DNA of 43,205 nt from a virus. Lineage: Duplodnaviria; Caudoviricetes. The DNA lies in the IMG/VR virus record IMGVR_UViG_3300009506_000069, positions 1-43,205 of that record, one strand, 5' to 3'. Of the stretch, positions 19,083 to 27,471 are shown piece after piece. The notes beneath the pieces were generated by a model. The model searched no databases and was not told the DNA's origin. It was given only the letters and a program-made list of their open reading frames with translations. Position numbers and translations under genes: made by a program. Every line of letters begins with the position of its first letter. The first letter of the stretch is position 1.

Positions 19083-19932
19083 CTTTGATCATTATGGACG
19101 CAACGATCGATCCGGCTTTCCTGTAGTCCGAATCTTTGAATTTGATGTTGTTGTCCTTGACGATCTTTTCATAGTCGATGGTGCCTTTTCGTGTTGCGTA
19201 GTTGACCCTGATCAGGTCGCCCTCGATGTTCTTGCCATCGGCATACAGTTTGATCTCTGAGTCGATCTCTTTTAGCTCGTCCTCGTACTTCTTCTTGAGG
19301 TTGTAGATCTTGATGCGCTTCTTCTCGAGCGACAGGAACTTCTTGTCGACGATGCGCTCGTACTCAACCTCTGGGACCGGCATCTTGTCGAACTCGTCCC
19401 AAGCCTTGTCTACATTCACCCATAGATCCTGATCAAATTTGATCGGTTCCGACACAGCGTAAGCGCCAACATCTGGGGAGTATGCGACAAGGTACCCGAC
19501 CTCGGCCGGCGAGCAGTACATCTGGTGGTAGATCTGCAGCAGGTACTTGTGCGGGATCTCCCCAGTCATCAGCATCATGTAGGTAACATGTGAAACCTTC
19601 AGCTCGGTTAGAATCTTGTTGTCGAACGAGATCCCGTCGAGCGATGCCCTGTACTTTCCGTGCTCCCAGACCGTAGGTGACAGCATCGTGCCGAAGTGCT
19701 CCTCGGCCCACTCTCTAACCTTGTTCTCAAGCGTGACGCCTCTCTTCATTGCTGCGTTGACGAACACTTCGTCAAGGCCGGCCTTAATCCGCTTCAGCTT
19801 GTTCGGCGTGTTGAACCCAACGCCCATCACATCGGCTGTCTCTGATGCGTTACGAAATTTCTTGCGTGTCTCTAACCATGCAGCTGACCCTTGGACAGCT
19901 GACTCGTCTGTTATCAGTTTTTTCTCTGCCAT
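19069..19932 (-). CDS. YqaJ/lambda-exonuclease family recombinase
   Basis: QGSAAWLETR, AAMKRG...LE, ASLDG, ELK, Y..QIYHQM. Confidence 0.92.
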   Translation of the reverse strand: MAEKKLITDESAVQGSAAWLETRKKFRNASETADVMGVGFNTPNKLKRIKAGLDEVFVNAAMKRGVTLENKVREWAEEHFGTMLSPTVWEHGKYRASLDGISFDNKILTELKVSHVTYMMLMTGEIPHKYLLQIYHQMYCSPAEVGYLVAYSPDVGAYAVSEPIKFDQDLWVNVDKAWDEFDKMPVPEVEYERIVDKKFLSLEKKRIKIYNLKKKYEDELKEIDSEIKLYADGKNIEGDLIRVNYATRKGTIDYEKIVKDNNIKFKDSDYRKAGSIVASIMIKDADK

Positions 19933-20474
19933 CACTTCCCTTTCTTGAGCTGTTTGATCGCTTTGTCAAGCTGAGCCTTTGAGGCCTTGTCGAATGACGG
20001 TACACCGAGGAAGTTCAGCCAGTCCTGACGGAATTTCTGATCGCCCTTCATGAGCTCTTCCATCTCAAGGACCTGCTCTTCGTCCGCCTCTTTGTTTTCT
20101 GCGATCGGGTTGGATCCCGCAAGACCATCATCGTCTACAGTCTGTAGTCCAAGCATTGCTACAAGCTGATAACGTCTGAAGTATGTCAACGAGCTACCGC
20201 TCTGCTGCGCGTTCAGGCCGTCCTGCATAATAAGCTCTGACGACACAGATGACCCGTCTTCCAAGTCGTGCAGCTCAAGAATTACGAAGTTCCTGTTGTC
20301 GCGACTTGTCGTTTTTGACAGGTACAGGATCTTGTGTTCATCAAAGACCGGCTTCAATTCATCCAAGATGCTGTTGAGATCCGTGTAAGTGTTCTTGAAG
20401 TGGTCGTTCTTACTGTCCTTCTTGATGCGGTTGATCTCCGCTTGCATCTTGAACATTTTCTCTAAAATTGCCAT
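19932..20474 (-). CDS. ERF family ssDNA-annealing protein
   Basis: KDSKNDHFKNTYTDL; QQSGSSLTYFRRYQL; DDDG. Confidence 0.92.
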   Translation of the reverse strand: MAILEKMFKMQAEINRIKKDSKNDHFKNTYTDLNSILDELKPVFDEHKILYLSKTTSRDNRNFVILELHDLEDGSSVSSELIMQDGLNAQQSGSSLTYFRRYQLVAMLGLQTVDDDGLAGSNPIAENKEADEEQVLEMEELMKGDQKFRQDWLNFLGVPSFDKASKAQLDKAIKQLKKGK

Positions 20475-20585
20475 TTTCTACTCCTCACAAGTGTTGCTTT
20501 GCCTCCGGCCAAAAGGATCTTCAGCCAGAGCTTTTTCATTGACTTCCAGTCACCTACAGTTATGACCGTCCCACCGAGGAACGAC

Positions 20586-20927
20586 TCATTCACCCTCCAC
20601 ATCTTTCTCCTTTCTTTTTCTTGCTTCAGAGGCAAAGTGTCTGATCACCTTGTCAAGCTGACCTCTTAGCAGGTATGCATTGATCTCCTTGAAGATATCC
20701 TCCGGATTCTCGTCAAACTCTTCCACGAGTCTCTCTACAAGTGCCGAGATCATAGCGACCACTTTGCGGTTGCTGATCTCACCTTGGAAACCGATTCCAA
20801 GGCCGAACCCGCTTTCACCCTCTTTGAATAGAGCGATAACCGAAGAGTAATCTTCAGGGACTTGGTCCTTGATTGTCTCCAGATCGAAGTCTAATAGCTC
20901 TGCTGTTTTTGTTTTTTCATCCATCAT
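20586..20927 (-). CDS. Hypothetical protein
   Basis: AAAGGA RBS, 113 aa. Confidence 0.65.
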   Translation of the reverse strand: MMDEKTKTAELLDFDLETIKDQVPEDYSSVIALFKEGESGFGLGIGFQGEISNRKVVAMISALVERLVEEFDENPEDIFKEINAYLLRGQLDKVIRHFASEARKRKEKDVEGE

Positions 20928-21099
20928 GTATCCTTTGCCCAGTGGGTCTTTTTGAATTTAGAGGCTTTCAGCTCTCTGTAGAACACGTCTGTACGTGCTC
21001 CGCAGATGGCTGAGGGTGTTAAAAACCCTCCACTCTTCTGCAGATCTCCATGTGGTATTTCAGTAGCGTCTCTTGCGGTGTTGTTCCATGTTTTTTCAT
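20924..21099 (-). CDS. Small gene needing a -1 frameshift (26-aa ORF plus extension)
   Basis: TAATG-coupled start; G-GGT-TTT-TAA; the -1 frame ends in ATGA overlap with the next gene. Confidence 0.4.
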
Positions 21100-21377
21100 T
21101 AAGCCTTCCTCATTGCGTTAATGCACAGCACGTAGGCCGTATCTTTGAGTGGAGTGTGTATCACCCCGTTCTTGTCCATTCTTCGAAGCGAGAACAATCT
21201 GGCCGAATGTGGTGGCTGCTCAGAGCTGACGAAGTAGATATCCTCTCCAACCTCTCTCGCGTTGTGGATCTTGCTGTTGAAGAACTTCATTGTCGCAGTG
21301 TCAAACCAATGCCCATTTGGGTTGCGTTTGCGGTACTCTCTTTCAAGCTTCAACTGTGTGTCCGTTTTTCGTGACAT
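21099..21377 (-). CDS. Conserved phage early protein (DUF7447-like)
   Basis: HWFDTATMKFFNS...YFVSSE motif; GGAGG RBS. Confidence 0.6.
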   Translation of the reverse strand: MSRKTDTQLKLEREYRKRNPNGHWFDTATMKFFNSKIHNAREVGEDIYFVSSEQPPHSARLFSLRRMDKNGVIHTPLKDTAYVLCINAMRKA

Positions 21378-21579
21378 CCTGCACCTCCCTCAGTAAAGAT
21401 TTTTCGTGTGGGCCTAAATAGATCAGATCGTTCGGCCATCTCATGTCAATATCTCCGTAGTCGATCACCTTGTACTCCCACCGCGTGAAGCTCGCTTTCG
21501 GACATGTTTCGTCCTTCTTGCCTGTCTTCTCCACGATGATCTCGCGCCCTTTAATTACTTCGTAAATTTTCTTTGGCAT
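21343..21579 (-). CDS. Hypothetical protein
   Basis: TAATG-coupled ORF. Confidence 0.6.
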   Translation of the reverse strand: MPKKIYEVIKGREIIVEKTGKKDETCPKASFTRWEYKVIDYGDIDMRWPNDLIYLGPHEKSLLREVQDVTKNGHTVEA

Positions 21580-21809
21580 TATTGACCTTTCACTTTTACC
21601 TTTCTGGTTAGCGACTCCCTGCTGATCAGGATCGCGCCCTCATTGTTCAGGTACCCTGCTTCGATCAGCTCTTCAGCCTTCTCGAGATACCAACCGCCGT
21701 GCTGATTCGCGTACCCAGACGCAACGATATTGGAGAAGACCTCCAACAGCTCGTAGCATGTGAGCGAGCTTCCGTCGAATATCTCCTCAAGAGGTTTAAT
21801 ATTTTGCAT
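21579..21809 (-). CDS. Conserved phage early protein (DUF7417-like)
   Basis: F..IVASG....GWY...A..LIEAG pattern; AAGGAG RBS. Confidence 0.55.
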   Translation of the reverse strand: MQNIKPLEEIFDGSSLTCYELLEVFSNIVASGYANQHGGWYLEKAEELIEAGYLNNEGAILISRESLTRKVKVKGQ

Positions 21810-22128
21810 CTCTGATCTCCTTAAAATCATATAGCGACGACAGCTTTATGTAGTCGACGCCTTCAAACGGAAGACCGCCTGTGCCGTGGTTGTAGTTGAG
21901 CATGTACCGAAGCGACTTGTTCTCGCCAGAGTGAGTGAAGTTTGCGAACTTTCTGAACCCACCGATGTATCTGGACAGGATCTCTTCGAGTTCCTTGATC
22001 AGGGCCATCGTATCATCATCAGCTATGCCACGAACACCTCCGTAAAGGTACCCATGGTCACATCCTTGCTTGTTCAGAATATCGATCTCAGATAGTTCTT
22101 TGATGCGTTTTACGTCTTCAGGTTTCAT
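21796..22128 (-). CDS. Hypothetical protein
   Basis: GGAGGAG RBS before ATG 22128. Confidence 0.65.
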   Translation of the reverse strand: MKPEDVKRIKELSEIDILNKQGCDHGYLYGGVRGIADDDTMALIKELEEILSRYIGGFRKFANFTHSGENKSLRYMLNYNHGTGGLPFEGVDYIKLSSLYDFKEIRDAKY

Positions 22129-22145
22129 ATTTACTCCTCCAAAAT

Positions 22146-22182
22146 TTGGTGGCGCAATTTTGCGCTGCCAATTATTGTTATT
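22146..22182 (+). terminator. Possible + strand (antisense) intrinsic terminator
   Basis: TTGGTGGCGCA-ATTT-TGCGCTGCCAA then TTATTGTTATT; wobbles work only on + strand. Confidence 0.4.
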
Positions 22183-22558
22183 CGGTCTTCCCGAACCACT
22201 CAGGATCTTCTTCGATCCCAAGCACGTCGAACAGCTTGTCCATTGCCTCGTCGCTAAGGTTGACGACTGCTCTGATCTGCTCCGACTTTATGCGCCGGCG
22301 CTCTTTGTACATGATCGCGGGGATGTCTTTGATTGACACCCCTGTGGTTAGCTTAAACATTCCGGTGAACGAATCTGGCTTTATCTTCAGATCATACTTC
22401 CGAACGATGTCCTCGCTGCTCATGCGCTTTGATATGTCCGTACAGATCCCGACGATATTCGCCATGATCAGCACACGTGGGACCGGCTTGAGCCCAATCT
22501 CGGTCAGAAGCCTTGCGACCTCTTTGTATTGCTCTTCTGTTTTGTTTCCGATATCCAT
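22178..22558 (-). CDS. Hypothetical protein
   Basis: AAAGGA RBS, 126 aa. Confidence 0.65.
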   Translation of the reverse strand: MDIGNKTEEQYKEVARLLTEIGLKPVPRVLIMANIVGICTDISKRMSSEDIVRKYDLKIKPDSFTGMFKLTTGVSIKDIPAIMYKERRRIKSEQIRAVVNLSDEAMDKLFDVLGIEEDPEWFGKTE

Positions 22559-22576
22559 TGCGTATCCTTTTTTTGG

Positions 22577-22912
22577 TTATGCGAGCAGCTGCTCGTAAAT
22601 GCTCTCTAGGTCATCGACAGCTTCATCGATACCGCGGTCCCAAGCTGACGCGTCGAGTGCGTTTAGGCAGTAGACGAACTTCTCTTCGTCGTCCTCCCAC
22701 TCTCTGGCGTCTTCGATCGTAGGCGTGTAGTTCTTTCCAATGTGCAGCTTTGAGTAGAAGTGTCCGAGCGTTGCTGATCTCAGCATTCTGTCCGAACCCT
22801 TTCCGGTGAATGGGCGAAGGATCGTGTCCTTACTGTCGGCGTGAACAACCTTGAACACCTGTCCGCTCTTGTTGCTTCTTACAAAGCTGTCTTCGCTAAA
22901 TACGTCTCTCAT
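22577..22912 (-). CDS. Hypothetical protein
   Basis: AGGAG RBS, 111 aa. Confidence 0.65.
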   Translation of the reverse strand: MRDVFSEDSFVRSNKSGQVFKVVHADSKDTILRPFTGKGSDRMLRSATLGHFYSKLHIGKNYTPTIEDAREWEDDEEKFVYCLNALDASAWDRGIDEAVDDLESIYEQLLA

Positions 22913-23088
22913 AATTTTTCTCCTGTTTTGATCTCCCTGACAGAGATTCCTGCGATTGCCGGCAACCCTCTGCTGCCGAACACCCTGTGAATGTAGTTCG
23001 CGTGTTGAGATCCTGACTTTGAGATCATCGGTTCGTTCTTGAACTCAAGATCTCCCCAGTAACCCCATGTGTATTCATATTGAACCAT
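22909..23088 (-). CDS. Hypothetical protein, 59 aa (not in ORF track)
   Basis: GGAGGTG RBS; MVQYEYTWGYWG...; ATGA overlap with the next gene. Confidence 0.65.
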   Translation of the reverse strand: MVQYEYTWGYWGDLEFKNEPMISKSGSQHANYIHRVFGSRGLPAIAGISVREIKTGEKL

Positions 23089-23099
23089 ATCAACACCTC

Positions 23100-23372
23100 C
23101 TACTTGATCATGCCGTGGTAGACTTCACAGATGAAGTCGCCTACAGCCTGAAGATCATCGGTCCCATTTGGCCACTTCTTGTCGAGGCGGGTCTGGATGT
23201 ATTCCTTCTCGCTGCGCTCAAGCTTGTCGACTCTGGTTGTCTCGTTGACATCCCCGTAGCTCTTGTCGCTGTTGAATGTGACAAGGATGTGATCTGTAGC
23301 TACATGTTTGCCGGTAAAAGAAACGGCAAAGCCGTCGCTTTCGTAGTAGAATGCTTTTCTATCTTTCATCAT
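23100..23372 (-). CDS. Hypothetical protein
   Basis: AAAGGA RBS before ATG 23372. Confidence 0.6.
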   Translation of the reverse strand: MMKDRKAFYYESDGFAVSFTGKHVATDHILVTFNSDKSYGDVNETTRVDKLERSEKEYIQTRLDKKWPNGTDDLQAVGDFICEVYHGMIK

Positions 23373-23379
23373 GTATCCT

Positions 23380-23637
23380 TTATGAGAGCATCTCATAGGC
23401 CGGCAGTTCGTCGACCTTGCAGATGATGTGTGTTCCGAAGTCGCCCTCGGTTACAACGTAGCGACCCTCCACAGCCAGACTCAATCCAAACAATGAGTAA
23501 GAGTGGTAGATGCTGTCTTTCTCGTCGTATTCATGCTCTCGCAGGAACATTTCGACGAGTACCTCGAGGTGCTTCACTTCGGCACCGGTTTTTGTTGCTT
23601 TCTTGATCGCCTTGGCGATATCGTTACGGTTTAGCAT
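23380..23637 (-). CDS. Hypothetical protein, first gene of the early operon
   Basis: AGGAGGA RBS. Confidence 0.65.
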   Translation of the reverse strand: MLNRNDIAKAIKKATKTGAEVKHLEVLVEMFLREHEYDEKDSIYHSYSLFGLSLAVEGRYVVTEGDFGTHIICKVDELPAYEMLS

Positions 23638-23649
23638 GTGATCCTCCTG

Positions 23650-23936
23650 TGTGTCTTTAGTATCCGAGTGGTCAACACTCTATAGGATGCAGGGAACGGT
23701 TACCGGAGCAACCGGTTAATGGGTTAGCGTGACCTCAAATTCCGTCCTCGCCTGCACCCTATAAAGGGTTGACGTGTGTATAGATGATTTATACTGACTC
23801 CGCAAAGCCATCAACGCGATGACTCTAAATCAGTGGCTCTCCGTAGGTGGGGCGACCCAAGACCTTAGATAAGGACTTTCGATTTTCAACATTGGTCCGA
23901 AGACCGTCTTCGGAGAGGAGATCCTCTCTTCCAACA
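23650..23936 (-). ncRNA. Structured early-transcript leader RNA
   Basis: Stems 23671-23693/23751-23773, 23793-23834 and 23890-23936, with G-U pairs on the - strand. Confidence 0.55.
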
Positions 23937-23941
23937 CCACA

Positions 23942-23950
23942 ATGATAACA
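23942..23950 (-). promoter_or_regulatory. Leftward early promoter, extended -10 TGTTATCAT
   Basis: Directly upstream of the structured leader. Confidence 0.55.
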
Positions 23951-24011
23951 TCTTTCTGTATGACGTACATTAACTTTCTAAGGTAATTCCAAGATTTAAG
24001 TTTCGAGAAAG

Positions 24012-24040
24012 CTAATGGGTTTGTGATATAATTCCATTAG
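24012..24040 (+). promoter_or_regulatory. Rightward promoter TGATATAAT (24024-24032) inside inverted repeat CTAATGG-N15-CCATTAG (putative operator)
   Basis: Perfect 7-bp arms straddling the -10. Confidence 0.6.
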
Positions 24041-24061
24041 ATTCATAAGAAAGGAGATCCC

Positions 24062-24214
24062 ATGAAGGAACTGCAGACAATTACACTGTCAGCCATGATC
24101 ACTCCGTCCAAAGAGAAGGAGATCGAGAAGGCTCTCGAAGTGTACAATGGTAACAAGTCAGATCTAATTCGTGAAGGTGTCGACATGATCCTTGCCAAGA
24201 TCATGAAAAAATAG
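24062..24214 (+). CDS. Ribbon-helix-helix (Arc/CopG-like) regulator, 50 aa (not in ORF track)
   Basis: AAAGGAG RBS; TITLSAMI strand plus NKSDLIREGVDMIL helix. Confidence 0.75.
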   Translation: MKELQTITLSAMITPSKEKEIEKALEVYNGNKSDLIREGVDMILAKIMKK

Positions 24215-24471
24215 TATAATTATCAGGTGATGGTGCTTGTATCCCACCATCCGTACCAGATCTAACGGTCTAGCATTTACAATCATCCAAACAAACTTTG
24301 GCCCTCTAGCTTTCTTGGGCCAGAGCAATTTCTTGGTGTCCAAGCAACCACCCAGAGAGCTTCTGCTCTCCGAGTTTGAACAGCAAGAAGTTGCTTCTAT
24401 GAAGAAGTCTGAGGTTGCTTGGACACATCCTCTTCAAACTTCCCAATTTTACCAGTCTGAAAGACCAATAT
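24213..24471 (+). ncRNA. Promoter (TATAAT 24215-24220) and structured leader of the replication gene
   Basis: Perfect 14-bp inverted repeat 24336-24349/24413-24426 plus several hairpins. Confidence 0.5.
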
Positions 24472-25173
24472 ATGGCGAGTAAGTTCATTACCGTCAGCAT
24501 AGAAATTATGCATGACACCAACTTGAGCCCGAATCAAAAGTTCATTCTTGCGGAGATCGAGCAACTATGCTCACTCGAGAGAGGCTGCTTCGCGAGCAAC
24601 AAACATTTTTCTGAGCTGATCGGGATCACAAAACAGGGCGCGTCAAAGGCGATCCAGAAGCTGCAAACTGATGGATATATTCACGTAGAGATCATACAGG
24701 GGTCAAGAAATACAGAGCGCATAATCACTCTGATCGACAGGTCATCCAATGTGGTCCAAGAAGTATCAACTGAGGTTGATGGGGTATCAACTGGAGTTGA
24801 TAGGGTATCAACTCAGGTTGATGGGGGTATCAACTCAGGTTTACAGTCTAAAGAGAATAGACAGTTTAATAAACAAGAGAATATACAAATAATCCCCGCG
24901 TGGGTAGACACGGGGGCGTGGGCGAGATGGGTCAGGTACCGGCAAGAGATCAAGAAGCCGTTGTCCCCTACCATGGTCGAGAGGCAGCTAAGTTTCCTCT
25001 CTCAGCAGCAGCATCTACATGTTGCTATAATTGACCAGTCGATCCGCAACGGTTGGACTGGGTTATTTGAGGTCAAGGGCGGTCATGTTAGCAGGACCGA
25101 TCAGAACATGCATGTCGCTCAGCAATGGGCCAACAAAGAAGAAGTCGAAGAGGTGGAGGTGATTGATGCTTGA
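24472..25173 (+). CDS. Replication initiator (wHTH plus lambda-O-like C-terminus)
   Basis: LSPNQK...CFASNKHFSELIG...LQTDGYI; W..WVRYR..IKKPL...DQSIRNGWTGLF; internal iterons. Confidence 0.85.
   Translation: MASKFITVSIEIMHDTNLSPNQKFILAEIEQLCSLERGCFASNKHFSELIGITKQGASKAIQKLQTDGYIHVEIIQGSRNTERIITLIDRSSNVVQEVSTEVDGVSTGVDRVSTQVDGGINSGLQSKENRQFNKQENIQIIPAWVDTGAWARWVRYRQEIKKPLSPTMVERQLSFLSQQQHLHVAIIDQSIRNGWTGLFEVKGGHVSRTDQNMHVAQQWANKEEVEEVEVIDA
24763..24891 (+). repeat. Replication origin: four iterons GTATCAACTnnnGTT(GAT) plus AT-rich tract
   Basis: Units at 24763, 24784, 24805, 24827 (spacing 21, 21, 22), each palindromic; followed by AAGAGAATA x2. Confidence 0.85.
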
Positions 25174-25771
25174 TCGACAGCTATTTGCACAGATGTTCGC
25201 AATGCTTTGCGAGGTATACAACAGACAACAGACGGGACCGCTGATGGACGGGTACTACTTGGTCCTGAAGCAGATGGGGGACGAGGAGTTCAAGAGCGCG
25301 GTAGCATCTATCCTCGAGAACAGGACGATGCAGGCTCTTCCGAAGCCGGCCGAGATCCTTGAGTATGCGAAACCTCAGCTCGAGGCTCTGGCTGCACTGG
25401 CCCTACAGGATCTGGAGAGTGCGTTCTGCAGCGCAGGCCGTTACAGATCCGTCAGGTTTGAGGATCCGGTGCTTCACAGCGTGATCACTGCTATGGGAGG
25501 TTGGACGCATATCTGCGAGATGGAAAAGAGAGAATGGGAGTTCAAGCGGAAGGAGTTCCCGAGGCTGTACGCTCTTCACGCTAGGAGGGGGTCACATCCT
25601 GAGCACGTGGCCGGCCAACTGGAGAAGACAATGCACTTGGGTATCTGCCAGAGCCCTGACTTCGCTGACGTGAAGGCATCGTACACCCTTCCGAAGGTCA
25701 AGACGGTAGAGGCGCTAAGCGCACCGGTTCCGGCCGGCGTTGCAAAGATAGCAGCGATGGTGAAAGTATGA
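25166..25771 (+). CDS. Replication accessory/helicase-loader-like protein (DUF6475-like)
   Basis: LPKPAEI; SVRFEDPVLHSVITAMGGW motif; follows the initiator. Confidence 0.7.
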   Translation: MLDRQLFAQMFAMLCEVYNRQQTGPLMDGYYLVLKQMGDEEFKSAVASILENRTMQALPKPAEILEYAKPQLEALAALALQDLESAFCSAGRYRSVRFEDPVLHSVITAMGGWTHICEMEKREWEFKRKEFPRLYALHARRGSHPEHVAGQLEKTMHLGICQSPDFADVKASYTLPKVKTVEALSAPVPAGVAKIAAMVKV

Positions 25772-25875
25772 GCATCGACTGCTCTACAAGTGTCGGGGAG
25801 ATCTCCTTCCTGACGATAGCATTGTTGTTCATCGGGGCGATGGTGATCGACTACTTCAACAAGGGGAAAAACTGA
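25768..25875 (+). CDS. Small membrane protein, 35 aa
   Basis: Coupled at both ends; one hydrophobic segment. Confidence 0.5.
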   Translation: MSIDCSTSVGEISFLTIALLFIGAMVIDYFNKGKN

Positions 25876-26087
25876 TGGTAAACGTAACAATAGGCGGTAA
25901 CAGAACCGTGATAAGCAAGCAGTCTGTGCTCGATGCGTTCATTGAGTCGAGACCGTACGAGTTTTTGAAGGCCGGCCTAAGCAATGACCACACCGGCGTT
26001 ATCAGAGACTGGCTCGTGGAAAACTACGCGATGTCAGAGGACACGTACGACAACATGACTCAGTTTGTGATCTGGAGGCTGTTTTGA
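25875..26087 (+). CDS. Hypothetical protein
   Basis: Coupled ORF. Confidence 0.6.
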   Translation: MVNVTIGGNRTVISKQSVLDAFIESRPYEFLKAGLSNDHTGVIRDWLVENYAMSEDTYDNMTQFVIWRLF

Positions 26088-26404
26088 GACGAAACCTATT
26101 CCCAAATCACAAGCGTATCAAAGGCGAAAGAGGCGTGAAGAACAGGCCGTACCTCAAGTGGTTCGCGAAACAGAACTTCCCGTGCTATATCTGCGGTAGC
26201 ACCAAAGGCGTCGAGGGCCACCACATCAAGCGCGACTCAAACGATCCAAAGAATGACGAGCAGCTGATGCCACTATGCGAGGAGCACCACAAGGGGACAT
26301 CTCTTTCACCTCACGGGACGCCGGTCCTATTCCGCAACAAGTACCCGATGGATGTGCAGCAGGAGATCGGAGAGAGATACTTCCACAAGTGGATCGAGTC
26401 ATGA
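26084..26404 (+). CDS. Zn-binding HNH-like nuclease (DUF968/Ref-like)
   Basis: YLKW...PCYICG...EGHH...MPLCEEHH. Confidence 0.75.
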   Translation: MRRNLFPNHKRIKGERGVKNRPYLKWFAKQNFPCYICGSTKGVEGHHIKRDSNDPKNDEQLMPLCEEHHKGTSLSPHGTPVLFRNKYPMDVQQEIGERYFHKWIES

Positions 26405-26811
26405 TCATACGGCATCGGAGAAGGTACAAAGAGTCGTCTCTGGCACAGAGTGTCTCAGACTATCTGCAGATGGGGTACCCAGAGGTTGTCTATCGGTTTG
26501 ACTATGCAGCGGATCTGAAGCTAACAAAGAAGCAGGCTACCAAGATGCAGCGACTGCAGGGCAAGTGGTCATCAGGCCATCCGGATCTGTTCATCTCTGA
26601 GCCTGTAGGGGAGTACCACGGTCTCTACATAGAGCTCAAAGCTGAGCGGATCATGAAGCTCGACGGTTCCGGCCTATTGAAGGACGATCATCTCGAGGAG
26701 CAGGCAGAGAGATTAAGGCTGCTGAACAAGAAGGGATATTTCGCATGCTTCTGCGTAGGGTTTGAAGACACGAAGAGAACAATAGATAATTACATGAGAA
26801 ATAAGCTATAA
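26401..26811 (+). CDS. VRR-NUC nuclease (Holliday resolvase-like)
   Basis: GHPDLFI...GLYIELK...Q...L...GY. Confidence 0.85.
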   Translation: MIIRHRRRYKESSLAQSVSDYLQMGYPEVVYRFDYAADLKLTKKQATKMQRLQGKWSSGHPDLFISEPVGEYHGLYIELKAERIMKLDGSGLLKDDHLEEQAERLRLLNKKGYFACFCVGFEDTKRTIDNYMRNKL

Positions 26812-26846
26812 TGCTCACCGAATCCAACAAAAAAAAGGAGCCACCC

Positions 26847-27236
26847 ATGGCAACAAACAAAGAACTGGCGGAAGATCTCAAGAAGGTCAGAGCGGAGAAT
26901 GAAGCTCTCAAAACAAACAACGAGATCCTTGGCGCGGAGAACACTCGTCTGGCCGAAGAGCTGCAGTCAACACTTGAGCACCACGACGAAGTGAACAAGG
27001 CATACGACGAAGAGATCGCACGTCTGCGTCAGGAGCTGCAGGAGAACACCGTTATCGAAGGAGAACCTGATGTAGGCTTCAACGATCAAGACTACGGTGT
27101 ATCCAAGCCACTCACAGACATCGTCAAGGTTGCTGAGTTCACTCACAACGTCGGCGGTCGTGGGGCGGTCGTCCGTGTTAAACCTGTAGTCAAAGGCAAG
27201 AGCTACGAAGTCTTCCTCAAAGAGATCGAGAAGTAG
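26847..27236 (+). CDS. Coiled-coil hypothetical protein
   Basis: TATAAT at 26807-26812; AAGGAG RBS. Confidence 0.65.
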   Translation: MATNKELAEDLKKVRAENEALKTNNEILGAENTRLAEELQSTLEHHDEVNKAYDEEIARLRQELQENTVIEGEPDVGFNDQDYGVSKPLTDIVKVAEFTHNVGGRGAVVRVKPVVKGKSYEVFLKEIEK

Positions 27237-27237
27237 C

Positions 27238-27462
27238 ATGGAAAATCAGCATAGAAAGATCAAGGGCTACAGAGAGCTTTCTGCAGAAGAGATCCAGATG
27301 ATGAACGATGCCAAGACTAAGGCTCAGGAGGTCGGTGATCTGATCTCCACCCTCGAAACGATCGAGAGCATCGACAAGCGTTGGTTGGCCATTGCCAAGA
27401 CGGACCTGCAGAAGGGCTTCATGTCTTTGGTCCGCAGTATCGCTCAGCCAGAGACGTTCTAA
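27238..27462 (+). CDS. acb2: Acb2-like cyclic-nucleotide sponge (anti-CBASS)
   Basis: MENQHRKIKGYRELS.EEI.MMN...RWLAIAKTDLQKGFM.LVRSIAQP.TF closely follows Acb2 as I recall it. Confidence 0.88.
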   Translation: MENQHRKIKGYRELSAEEIQMMNDAKTKAQEVGDLISTLETIESIDKRWLAIAKTDLQKGFMSLVRSIAQPETF

Positions 27463-27471
27463 GAGGCCATC

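Noticed and set aside
20460-20595. Short ORF between ERF and 20586..20927
   Set aside because: The open frame lacks a properly spaced start, so it could not be supported
24763-24844. Palindromic repeats as a mini-CRISPR array
   Set aside because: Spacers are only 3-4 nt and lie inside the initiator gene, so these are iterons
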